Assembly: GCF_006345805.1 (NCBI RefSeq)
Contig: NC_043004.1
Span: 38,812,001 to 38,876,000 of the forward strand
Length of the DNA stretch: 64,000 bases
Direction: 5' to 3'
Source: Octopus sinensis
Taxonomy: Eukaryota
The translations under genes and the position numbers were made by a program. Positions 14,580 through 26,851 of the stretch are shown in pieces (positions within the stretch are counted from its first letter, which is position 1; each line of letters opens with the position of its first letter). The notes below the pieces were generated by a model. It did not search any database. It had not been told where the DNA came from and worked only from the letters and a program-made list of their open reading frames with translations.

Positions 14580-14664
14580 TATGTAGCCGATAATCTCCTT
14601 ACAAACTTTGATCTGCGCGTAAAACCGAACTCCACGATTTCTATTATTTATTTCGGTCTACGAG
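14580..14664 (+). CDS. Putative coding exon (85 nt, phase 0-1); YVADNLLTNFDLRVKPNSTISIIYFGLR
   Basis: Perfect branch point TACTAAC at 14552-14558, acceptor aatttcag, only one open frame, donor GAG/gtattg. An alternative donor lies at 14619. Confidence 0.45.
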
Positions 14665-15114
14665 GTATTGGTTTCAAGAGATTTCTTTTTGTTATCATCA
14701 AACGTAAAGAGAATCGGTAATTCCATTGCTATATTTTAATAACAGGCATTATTGTGTGACTATTGCATCCAGCGTTGAGATATCTCAAACTCGGATTCTT
14801 TTAAACATTTAACTGTATGTATTCCAATGTCCATATGTCGTAACAAATTATTCGATGCGCTTCTATATCAAATTTAACACACATTGCGGAATACTCAGTA
14901 GAATTAATCATAAGGGAAATATTTTGAAAGAATAAAATATTACCGAACTAAATTCCCAAATGGTTAATTCCATCCTATAAAATCCATACTATTTCGAGAA
15001 TTATGCAGATGGAAGTCTTTCAGCCATACGTCTGTATTCATAAAACTTCTATGTCACAAAACATTCCCTTCTGTATTGACATCTCGCTACGTCTTTTTCT
15101 CAGTCTCTATTACT

Positions 15115-15173
<59 letters not shown>

Positions 15174-15737
15174 CGCTCCCTTTGCTTATAGATGTCTATG
15201 TCTGTGTGAACCTATATCTACGTGTGCGTATGTTTGTGTTATTACATGTTAGATTTTGCCAAATATTTTGGGTGTAAACCATTATTCTCAGACGAAATAA
15301 TCACTAATTCACTGATGTGTAACACATTTATTAGTTACTTAAAAACCTTTTATCCATTTAGATTAAATATGCATCCCTACAATAAATTCTTTCCACAAGG
15401 GTTTACTCTGACCGCCAGCTCCTTTATCTAATCAAACATCAAGGCATCAATGGCAACCAAATATCTCAACCCCGCCTCCTACATATATTGTATATGTTAT
15501 GTCTGAAACCAAAATATAGAATGCTGATGGATAGAATGCGTTCATTATAAATACATGTTCAAGTTTCTGACTGCACCTGGGTTAAACAACTGCAAGTGTA
15601 CTCTTACAAGTAGTTCGACTCTTAAGTCAGACGTTTCACAATAACATGAAGATGACTAAGTCGTATTAAACGACTGAAAATTAACATTCACAATATTGTG
15701 TTTAGACTGTTAAGTCAGTTTGAAAATTATATGATGA

Positions 15738-16138
15738 CTAGCAGTATCGCCCGGCGTTGCTCGGGTTTGTAAGGGAAATAACTATATAAGCATTTTTAGA
15801 GAGTTATAGCCAAAAAATAGCCAAAAAAGGCATTAAAAATGGAAAAAAAATTATGGTAAATTCTTTTTTAAATCGTTGACTCATCGTAGACATTTTTAGA
15901 GAGTTACTTCCCTTATATAATAGTGAAAAAATGCATTAAAATGGAAAAAATGATGGTAATTTTTTTTTTAAATCGTAGACTCATCGTAGACGCGCGCTAA
16001 TACTCAGAAGGGCTCGATATGAATCACGACTATAAGATACCCGGTTTTGGTTAAACTGCACCGCAAAATGTGGGAGTAGTTAGGAATCTAAATCGTAGGA
16101 GACAGACACTCACACAACTTCACTTTTATATATAAAGA
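15738..16138 (-). mobile_element. Complete non-autonomous Helitron
   Basis: Minus strand 5' A|TCTTTATATATAAAAG, 3' hairpin cccgagcaacgccggg then gatactgCTAG|T. Inserted at AT; internal direct repeat of about 90 bp. Confidence 0.85.
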
Positions 16139-16284
16139 TGACTCTCGATTTTGTTGATCTGATTTAACTTGAGGGAAACCTTCAATGTGAAAACCTATAA
16201 TTATAACATTTCAACGCTTGATGAACGTCGATGCAGAGGGACTTTATGACATGAAAATAGTAACGTTTGCTTGTTGACTCTGCG

Positions 16285-16316
16285 TGTGTGTATGTGTGTC
16301 CGTGTCCGTGTCCGTG

Positions 16317-16398
<82 letters not shown>

Positions 16399-16400
16399 GT
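16285..16400. repeat. (TG)n microsatellite
   Basis: Directly visible. Confidence 0.97.
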
Positions 16401-16512
16401 TGTGTGTAATGTCCTTCAGTCATTGGACTGCACCCATGCAGGCGCAATGTTTTGCAGTCGATTTGCTACTTAATATTTAAAAGTAATGTCTTTACTCCAT
16501 TGATTTCTTTAT

Positions 16513-16745
16513 CTTAGCCGCTAAGTTACGGTTACGTAAACACACCAACACTGGTTACCAAGTGATGGTGATAGGAAACAAACAGCCCCAAACACAAAGA
16601 TACAAGTCTTTACACAACATATACGGTGGGTATTCAATTCCCGTCTATCACAGCCGCTCGCAAGGCCTTGTTCGGTCCTGGGTTATTGTAGAAGTTACTT
16701 ACCTAAAATTAAGCACTGTAGGACTGAACCCCGAACAAGCTTTTT
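16513..16745 (-). mobile_element. SINE family A, degenerate partial copy
   Basis: Reverse complement of the cttagcgg and caaggccttg segments of family A. Confidence 0.6.
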
Positions 16746-18029
16746 TACTGCCTTCGCGATAATATTGCTTTCAAGTATTGCATTGCCTTCAACAGTTTGT
16801 TCTTAACAGAAAAATACTAATATTTGATAGGCAAACAATGACGTTTCATGCTGAGTTATTTCTTATTTATGACATCTGTTTTTAACGGTTTCTATGCTTG
16901 TGCGATTTTTGTATTTGTGAGTTACTTGAAACGCTTATGTATACATATGTTTTTACCGTAATGACGTGATGTATTTAAGTGATATTTATTAGATTGGCAA
17001 GACGTCTTGCTAGTGGTTGCTATATTTCTGTTTTTCTCTGTTTTCCATTTAATGGTTTGATCTGTCTCTGCGTGTGTCTGTGTTTCTCTTGAAAGGTATC
17101 CGTGTGAGTGTATCTGTGTCTGTTATAGTAGTATTATAATGACTGATTAAAAGAAAAGTGAAAAAATTTCTTCAATTGTGAATTTTTGAATTTAATTTTG
17201 CTTCAATATTTGAAAGTAAATTTCCAGCGCGGTTGACTCGACCTTTCATCTTTTTAGGTTTGATAGAATAAGTACCAATTGAACTTTGTCATCTATGTAA
17301 TCAATGTGATCTATGTATCCCCGCCTCCATAAGTTGCTGCTCTTACGCCAAAATTTGGAAGCAATATTTGAGAGAAAATTTCAATTTCCATAAAGGTGAG
17401 CTCAGTTTTATGTCATTACGAAATATGAAGACAACCATATTTACAGATACGAAGAAAACATGGTGTTATATTTGGTTTTCATTTTACCGCCTTTCGTGAG
17501 ATGTTATCTTCATGTTAGGACATCATAAATTTAATTCAATGTATTTATGTATGCAATCTTTAGGTTGGTTTATTTCTGTTGGTAACATATTCATCACTCC
17601 GCACAAGCTACAAAATAGATTTATTTCTATTTGAGAATATAGTGTATGCTCACTTTTCTCCAAGCAGTTGTGTGCTGCTGGAGTTGCGTTCAACCTTCTT
17701 TGCAAGTTTCTAAATCATCAATTTTGTTGACAGCGTCTGTTCTTAGATTGGTCAACCTATTTAATCCTCTATATTATATGCAGTTCCCTGTAAATTAGAT
17801 GACATTGTAGGTACTTATTTCGATTAAGCTTCGGTTAATCATTTAATAGTGTTCATGTTAAGATTTTAAATTTCTTGTTACAAAGTAGACAATAGCCTTA
17901 TTTTAAGGGATAAATATCGATCATAGTGGATTAATCAAATCAAACCTTCAGTTCAAATTAAAATTGATTATTTGGAAAATACTTAAAAACAACGTAAAGT
18001 ATACTAGCCATCTTAATACGGCTAACCAC

Positions 18030-18210
18030 TAGGGGTGGGTGTTACTGTAGCTTTTTAGCCCCAGGAGATCATCGTCTCCAGCTGGCTTTAGGCACACTTT
18101 CTGTGCACTTATGATATTTGCAAAGAGAGGTCATCCCCTCTCGTAAACCTAAGTGATACACACGGACTGTAGTTTCGAGTTTATCGTCTCTTGTCAACGC
18201 ACGGTAATCA
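18030..18210 (-). mobile_element. Short repeat with a degenerate hammerhead-like motif (18159-18202)
   Basis: Minus strand: TTGACAA-gag..ctc-GAAA-ctacag-TC-cgtg. Two core substitutions. Confidence 0.35.
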
Positions 18211-18637
18211 CTGAACATTTCTCTATGAATGGAAACAATTTATTGCTAATACTTTTCTGCAGTTTAATAAGCTGTATTAAGAAGTAACGATATGGAATAT
18301 TTCTTGCAACTAGAAATATTTGTATATGGTGAAGTACTATGTATAACTAGCCATTTAATATTAGATTCGTTGTCCCTATCATTTAAAGTCCAAACAAAGC
18401 CATTCAAATTTGTAGAGTACATTTTTTCTCTATATTTGAAAGAAGAAAGGTGATTACCTAATCTTCCTTAAAAATCAGTAGAACATGAACCTATGTAATA
18501 ATTAGAAATAACATCAGCTGTTACTGTGCATCAATCAACTAGTGGTGCTGAGATATTGTCCGGCAGGTGAATATACTAATTTCTTCTTACATTTACAATA
18601 ATGCTTATTAACATTAAACTTATGCTGAAGTATAGAA

Positions 18638-18892
18638 CAGTTGTTCTCAACCGGGGACCATTTGGCCCTTGGGCGCCCATATAAGATTTTTTATTAAAAT
18701 TTAGGCGCAATAAACTTCTTATATTATTCTACAATACCCAAAAATATTTATACATATTTTATACAATGTCTAATAATATATAATCATAAGAATATAACAG
18801 GAATTTTCAGACATCGAATGACTGAGGGTTGCCCTCCCGGAGTACAAAAGGAATCGAAGAGATTCAGGGGCAAAAATGATCGAGAACCACTG
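18638..18892. mobile_element. hAT (Charlie-like) MITE
   Basis: Termini cagttgttctcaacc ... tcgagaaccactg, typical of CAG-terminal hAT TIRs. 8-bp TSD not preserved. Confidence 0.7.
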
Positions 18893-20207
18893 TATTTGTG
18901 TGTGTGTGCGTGTGTGCGCGCGCGCGCGCGCGTGTGTGTGAGAGAGAGAGAGTGTGTGTGTGCGTGTGTGCGTGTGTGTATACATAAAAGCGTAGAGTAT
19001 TAGGAATCACCAGGACTATGGACAAACCATATTTCTCCACTATCTCTACTGACTTGTATTCTGATATTTTTTTCCCTTCAGCAAGAATATCGCTTATAAT
19101 TGCGAAACTGACATCAAAACATATTGATCACGGTTGCGTCTACAACCGCATGTAACATGTGCGTGTGTCTGTGTGTGCGCGTTACATATAAGAACACATG
19201 CTCGCACGCGCACACATGTATTTGTATACGCACAAGCACTTATATATACATTCTCTCACACACATTTACACACACACACACGCACAAAAATACACGTTTT
19301 TTAGCAGACAAATTGATATAAATATATATGTAGATGAATAGTAAAATAATATACAGGATAACGATGTTACATAGCATTTGTTTTTATATAGTTTTTCAAT
19401 GAATCTTATCTGTAAACTAAGTTATCAAATATTCATTGCAGCTGCATTGTCAAAATCCAATCAAGAAGAATATATTACCAAAAGAAAAAAAATACAAAGC
19501 AAACGAACGATTCATTTACAGAATTTGGCTGATGAATCTGGGTCGTCTGTTGATTGATACGCTATAACAAAGGTATTGGAAAATTAGTAAACGAAAGCAC
19601 ACAGATATTTTTGACTGCCGAATTCTAAACTGAAATTTTACAAGAAATAGAAGAATAGAAATTGGTGCATTCGAAATTAATTCAATGCACTTTAACTAAA
19701 ATCGATTCCAATGTAGTCCCTTGACTATATCCTGGGGCAAGGAAGTTAATTCTACTTGCCTATGCCTTCCAGCGAATATCAAGGATGATGAAACCAAGTT
19801 AATTATTAACGCACATTGCTTATTTCCATGGAAATAACAGTGATATAGCTATCAGCGCGTTGTTGAATTAGCATTTTATCAGATCAGTATTATTTGCTGA
19901 CATTACTTCAATCATTTATGTTCCTCCTATTGGTAGCAGAAATATAGGAATCTACTTATTTACTATTTTTATGTGTATACTAATCTATTTGGAGATTCAC
20001 CCCACCTCCATGTGTTTATCTCCGCTTTTCTGTTTTTCTGTAAATGCAGTTTAAATATATGCATTTATCCTGTATATGGTTTTACTGAAGCAGTTCTTTT
20101 CCGCATACTTTATCTTGAGGAAAATAGCACGAGATTTTTGATCACATTAACTCCCTAAGTCGCGTACATAGGTTCACCTAATATCTGCATTATATAGTAA
20201 TATATAT

Positions 20208-20617
20208 TTCTTTACTACCCACAAGGAGCTAAACACAGGGAGGGCAAACAAGGACAGACAAACGGGTTAAGTCGATTACATCGACCCCAGTGTGTAACTA
20301 GTACTTAATTTATCGACCCCGAAAGGATGAAAGGCAAAGTCGATCTCGGCGGAATTTGAACTCAGAACGCAGCGGCGGACGAAATACCTGTTTCTTTATT
20401 ACCCACAAGGGCCTAAACATAGAGGGGACAAATAAGGACAGACAAACGGATTAAGTCGATTACATCGACCCCAGTGGGTAACTGGTACTTAATTTATCGA
20501 TCCCGAAAGAATGAAAGGCAAAGTCGACCTCGGCGGAATTTTAGCTCAGAGCGTAACGGCAGACGAAATTCGGCTACGCATTTCGCCCGGCGTGCTAGCG
20601 TTTCTGCCAGTTCGTCG
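20208..20617 (-). mobile_element. Tandem pair of SINE family D copies (one truncated, one full)
   Basis: The block acccacaagg...gtcgattacatcgaccccagt...gaaaggcaaagtcga...cggcggaattt occurs twice head to tail. Confidence 0.85.
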
Positions 20618-20997
20618 TTATACTCATTATATAATAATATAATGACTCTAATAGGTACTTGTGATGCACAACATATGCTGGTTTTTTTTTTTTTTGAGAC
20701 TTAATCATTGACAACATTTGGCGAGTAAATGCTATAATATCAATGTTTACATAAATCGGTTAGATATTTAATCAAAGGCCACTGATTGAAAAATCTGTTA
20801 TTAGCATAAGTGCACTCGCTATATGGCTAGATTAATTGTATAAGATGGAAATAGTAGAATCAACAGACTAACACGACGGTGTTTGTATACAGTTTATATT
20901 TTCAGATTTTGCTTTTGGCTTTGGTTCAAACAATGAAAGATATTGATACCCAATAACGATGCACATAAGAATTAAATCCCTTATGTGCAAAGGCTTT

Positions 20998-21011
20998 ATT
21001 ATTATTATTAC

Positions 21012-21071
<60 letters not shown>

Positions 21072-21213
21072 TATACACACAACAGATTGGACTGTTGGAA
21101 AATAAAAATTCCAAATGAGGCAAAAATTGCTTGAATCGTCACATTTATATCAATAACATTTATTTTATTACCCTTCAATGAGATATTGTAGTTGGAAATG
21201 GGAAGTATAAAGA

Positions 21214-21297
<84 letters not shown>

Positions 21298-21298
21298 A
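20998..21298. repeat. (ATT)n and (AAT)n/(GAT)n trinucleotide microsatellites
   Basis: Visible at 20998-21069 and 21220-21298. Confidence 0.95.
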
Positions 21299-21360
21299 AG
21301 GATTATTATGAAGTAGCATAGCATTATCTCTAATTCCTTTATAAATAAATAAATAAATAA

Positions 21361-21433
<73 letters not shown>

Positions 21434-21565
21434 TATATATTATATATATATATATGTATGTATGTATGTATGTATATATATATAGCTATGTAAGTGTGTA
21501 AGTATGTATACATAAATATATTTGTTTGTATGCATGTATACAATACAACATTTTTAATTCTAGAC

Positions 21566-21855
21566 AGGAAGGCGCTTTGCTGGCTGAGTGGATAGAGCTT
21601 CAGGCTTATAATTATGTGGTAGTGAGTTAGATTCCCGGCATGGGCAGTGTGTTGTACCCTTGAGCAAGACACATTATTTCACGTTACTCCAGTTCCCTCA
21701 GCTGTAGAAATGGCTTGCGACATTACTGATATCAAGCTGTACCAGACTTTGCCTTTCTCTTGGATAACAGGAAAGGGCAGGCTGTTATGCATGGGCGATT
21801 GCTGGTCTTCCATAAACAGCCTTGCCCAGACTTCTGCCTCGGAGTGAACTTTCTA
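21566..21855 (+). mobile_element. tRNA-derived SINE (family C)
   Basis: tRNA-like head, then cttgagcaagacac...atttcacgttactccagtt...cagctgtag. Related to 38955-39243 and 39271-39495. Confidence 0.75.
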
Positions 21856-22199
21856 GATACAATTTTAGGGTCATTCAAAACCGAAGGTGCTCTTTACTAC
21901 TTTTACTATATCAATAAACAGCGTTTTGTTAGGTACTCAATGAAAATAATCGTTATCATTATATGAAGAGCCTACCATCAATATCCATAGGACTATTGTA
22001 CGTTTTATACTTATTCGATCGTGTTTTACACCGATACATGGAGAGAAAGTATGCTATTTGCATTTAACGCAAGTGTATAAGGCAGAATCGAATGTGGCAT
22101 TTAGTTAAGTTCTTTACATTCTGAGTTTAAAACCTATGGGGGGGGGGCAATTTGTGATTGGTCATTCAGATGTAAATTTTCCTGTATGTATGATCAATT

Positions 22200-22254
<55 letters not shown>

Positions 22255-22439
22255 TCACACACACACACACACGCACGCACACTCTCTCTCTCATGTATGT
22301 AACATTGTACTCATATTTGAAATCCTCCTTAAAAGTTGTACGATTGAATGAAACACGTTGTACAATCTACCTACGAACTCAGCCTTAGTGGTGACAACTT
22401 TCTCTATAGTACATTCATCGCATGAAAAATGGTAAATGA

Positions 22440-22610
22440 CGTCCACGGGATACACTAGGCTGAATCAATTGGTACTTAAATTATCGAGTCTGAAAGGATG
22501 AAATGCAAAGTAAACCTCGGTGGATTTTGAACTCAGAGCATAAAGTGGGACGAAATGCCGCTAAGCATTTTGACCTTAGTGCTAGAAATCCTGCCAGCTC
22601 GCTGCCTTAC
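22440..22610 (-). mobile_element. SINE family D
   Basis: gaaaggatgaaatgcaaagt...tttgaactcagagc...ctgccagctcgct. Confidence 0.75.
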
Positions 22611-22624
22611 AGTTTAGTTTATAA

Positions 22625-22780
22625 CTAGCAGTATAGCCCGGCTTTGCCCGGGATTAAGTTAGGATTATTAAGCTAATTAAGACTTTTTGTTCCAAACCAA
22701 ACTAAGTTACATCGACATCAAATTTGAGCGAGATCCGTTGAAATTGGTTAACTTTTGGCTGAAAATGAGTTGGAGACAAC
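22625..22780 (-). mobile_element. 3' end of a non-autonomous Helitron
   Basis: a|ctagcagtatagcccggctttgcccggg is the CTAG terminus plus GC hairpin, homologous to 15738. Confidence 0.7.
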
Positions 22781-23689
22781 ACATCAATATTTCAATCAAT
22801 ATTTATCTTGTTAAAAATGATAGTTAAAATATCACTATCATTGTTAAAAAATACTTCATATTCTACTTTTTGTTCGAAAGTCTTCATTGATCACACGACC
22901 ACAATATGGCATAGCACTGATAGAGAATATAAGTGTTATATACGTATTATTCTTATTTCATCGTGCTTTACACCGATACAGAGAGAAAAAGTATACTATT
23001 AGCATTTAATGCAACAACGTGTTATCTGAAAACAAATGTCAGCAATTTCTATAAGCAATAGTACATTTCTATTCATCTATAAACATTCTTACTGTTAACT
23101 GTCTGGGTGTAGTTTAGTATATATCACATATATAACACCGATTACTTCGTCTGAGAAAGTTTGGCTATAACAGAGAAAATGTCTTTTTTTTTCTTCCTAT
23201 TTTATGTTCTCTTCCTGTTTAACGTTACATTTTCTAAAATCTTTTTCAAACATTCACTTCGAAACAGGGAAATATTTACCAGGCTAAGATGAAATCTAGT
23301 CTCCTAAATTCGGTTTAAGCACAAAATCAAGAGAACACTAACAGACAATATAAAATGCAAATGTAAAAACATATATATATGTGTGTGTGTGTATATATAT
23401 TTTTATCACATATATACCACCAATTACTTCGTCTGAGAAAGTTTGGCCATAACAGAGAAAATGTATATATATATACAAAACGGCAGATCTAAGGCTACAA
23501 TTCCGTATCTGTAATCATTTCAGTAAATACTATGCTGATTCTATCACTTTGCTTATCTCTGCTTACATGCAGTTGAAAGGATAGATTTGGAAATGTCTGT
23601 ATACACCTAGTTCCATACAAAGTACACTAACATTCAGTTATGTAAGACAGATCAATATAGATATTGATTTGTGCGTCAGAAAGTGACGA

Positions 23690-23862
23690 CAAAGATGATA
23701 ATGATGATGGTGGTGGTGGTGGTGGTGATAAGATGAGGAGGAAGATGATGAAGAGGAGGAGGATGGTGATGTTGGCACAGGCGGTACTGGCCGTAGCTGT
23801 GCTGGTGATGATAATTATGATGATTATTATCGTAATCGTCGTCATCATCATCATCATCTTCA
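23690..23862. repeat. Degenerate (GAT)/(GGT)/(CAT) trinucleotide low-complexity tract
   Basis: Directly visible. Confidence 0.9.
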
Positions 23863-24331
23863 TTATGACGTGGTGTTAGAAATAAAGCAGGTTGACTTTG
23901 CATTTCATCTTTCCGGACTCGATAATTTAAGTACCAATGATGTACTGGGGTCGAACTAATCGATTTGTCCCTTCCCTCCCCTACAAATATTAGGCCTTGT
24001 GCCTATAGTTGTAAAAATTATAAACTAAATTGTATATCCTATATTACGTAATTATCGGATCATCAGCAATAAGAAACAGCTAATACTAATTTCTGCAGGT
24101 TCAGTCTGTAAAATATGATTGTATTTTTACTTTTCGTTACACAGAGCTATACACGAGCATTTATATCCCCTCTGTCTGTCTCTCTGTCTGTCTCTCTCTC
24201 TTTCTGTCTCTCTATCTCTCTGTCTATCTGTTTGTCTCTCTTTCTGCTTGAATGTCTGGTTTAAGTTTTAGGTAAGAATCACAAATTAGAAATTATATTA
24301 TAGATGAAATTGCAGGAAAAAAATCAACTAT

Positions 24332-24746
24332 AGGCGCAGGAGTGGCTGTGTGGTAAGTAGCTTGTTTACCAGCCACATGGTTCCGGGTTCAGTCCCACTG
24401 CGTGGCACCTTGGGCAAGTGTCTTCTACTATAGTCTCGGGCCGACCAAAGCCTTGTGAGTGGATTTGGTAGACGGAAACTGAAAGAAGCCCGTCGTATAT
24501 ATGTATATATATATATGCGTGTGTGTGTTTGTGCGTCTGTGTTTGTCCCCGTAGCATTGCTTGACAACCGATGCTGGTGTGTTTATGTCCCCGTTACTTA
24601 GCGGTTCGGCAAAAGAGACCGATAGAATAAGTACTGGGCTTACAAAAGAATAAGTCCCGGGGTCGATTTGCTCTATTAAAGGCGGTGCTCCAGCATGGCC
24701 GCTGTCAAATGACTGAAACAAGTAAAAGAGTAAAAGAGTAAAGAGT
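24332..24746 (+). mobile_element. SINE family A, full length, well preserved
   Basis: Same architecture as 1352-1760. Confidence 0.92.
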
Positions 24747-25285
24747 ATGTAACATTTTGATTTAAGGAACATATCCCCAAGTAAAATAAATAGGATCGAC
24801 CATATTCTGTAGCATATCTATCCCACCACCTGCCCTGCGTAGATGTTATTATCTAATTTAGTTATTATTATATAATTATATAATTTCGAAAATAATCTAT
24901 TTCTAGTTGCTCTCCAATCTAAATTTCAATGAATTCAATTAAACCCATTGTCCGTTAACCTAGTTTCGAAATAAAGGTAAACTGTGCACATATTTAGTGT
25001 ACATATTGTGGGAGAATATAAAATGTTTTCTCATTTATATGTTTGATTTAGTATACAGTTTTTGATTCATGATTCACATATTGTATTTTGTTTAAATTCT
25101 AAACTCATATTTGTTTTATAGTTCTTGAAAGTTCATCGATATATTTTAATGGTACAAATAGGCACACAAATGCTCACACGTGCTCACTCATGCATGCACA
25201 GACGTATATGTCTGTGTGTGTCGCTCTGTATATCTAAACATACTGTTTATGGATATATGTATGGATATGAATATATATATATATA

Positions 25286-25362
<77 letters not shown>

Positions 25363-25418
25363 CTTATCTATACATATATATGTGATGTATATTTATATAT
25401 ATTTGTGTGTGTATATAT

Positions 25419-25464
<46 letters not shown>

Positions 25465-26366
25465 TGCACTGGTTTATTTGCGTTACATGTCTAAATAAAT
25501 AAGTTTAATCAAGTCACAATCATATGAGCTCTTATTTCTGTAGATAATTAATTGAGAATTGCTTCTTCGTTTGTTGAAAGAAAGTATACGTATAACATCG
25601 ATTCTTAATGACTTACAAATATAAAGTGAAATATCTTCACAAAAAAATGATTATTTACTCGAAGTAAATTAAAAGAAACAGAACAGAAGAGAACAAAATG
25701 AAAAGAATGGAACTGGCCATCTATAAATACTTTTCGATCAATTTCACGTCTTCAGTTTAATATAATTTATCCTAGTGTGAAAAACGGCTGACATATGTGT
25801 TTTACGAATAATTTATTTTAATATAATTGGCATCTTTAATGAGACAGGGGCCAAATGGTTCTGTGTTAAATGACATCAACGGAATAAATTAGCTTAATCA
25901 ATTGAAAAGGTGATAGATGTTGGTCATCAGCTAATATAACGACGGCCTTAATAACAGAAAAAATGAAGTAGACACGCTATATTCTGATAGATAAATACTT
26001 AGAACAGAGCACGCTATATTTTAATAGAGAAATACTTACAACAGAACACAAGAGATATTTTAGGGGGTTTGTTTGTGCAATGCTAAACCCGCCCAACATT
26101 GTCAGACGCAAACACAGAATAGCGACCGCAATATTTCAGCAAATGTCAAAATTAGCGTCCATGGTTGCACTGGCGCACATCAAGATCTGCCTGTACGACT
26201 CCAATATATTCACGACGTGGCTAAATGGAAGCTTATATTGAACGAAATCTACAAAAAACAACAATATTTTAGGTGTCTGACACCAGGTGGTTGAAATATA
26301 CAAATATCATACTAAGTGTCATACAAATATCATACTAAGATAATCTCTGTGTGTATGTACGTGTGC

Positions 26367-26400
<34 letters not shown>

Positions 26401-26639
26401 CTATACAAGTGCTGTTGACGGTTTCTTCTACATCTTTGGAATTTTTCTTTTCTTTTTTCCGACGAAGAGCTACGCTCGAAGCCTCAAAACTCTCTCGTTT
26501 TACCGAGTGTCAAGCTAATACATTTCTTGTGCACGTCCTCACGTTCGTTTTTTTTTTAAATTTAAATTGTTTGTTTATCTGAATTGACAATATACAGATG
26601 TATATATGTCTATATACATATACCGAGATGGAGAGACAT

Positions 26640-26687
<48 letters not shown>

Positions 26688-26807
26688 CGAGACAGAGAGA
26701 AACAGGGAGAGACAGAGAAAGACAGAGGCACAGAGAGACAGACAGAAAAATAGATAAACAAATATACAGAGATATCCATGTAATTTTTTTATGTATAACA
26801 TTATTGA

Positions 26808-26851
26808 CACTGGCTTCGAAGCTTTGGCCAGTTAAGGCCATCTTCGGAGTG
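26808..26851 (-). ncRNA. Degenerate hammerhead-like motif (Penelope terminus type)
   Basis: Minus strand: cact-CCGAAGA-tggcc(ttaact)ggcc-AAA-gcttcgaagc-c-agtg. Stems I and II pair, stem III is palindromic, core is mutated. Confidence 0.35.

Noticed and set aside
23627-23903. ORFs with poly-Gly/Met/Ile resembling a transmembrane peptide
   Set aside because: Low-complexity GAT/GGT/CAT tract.
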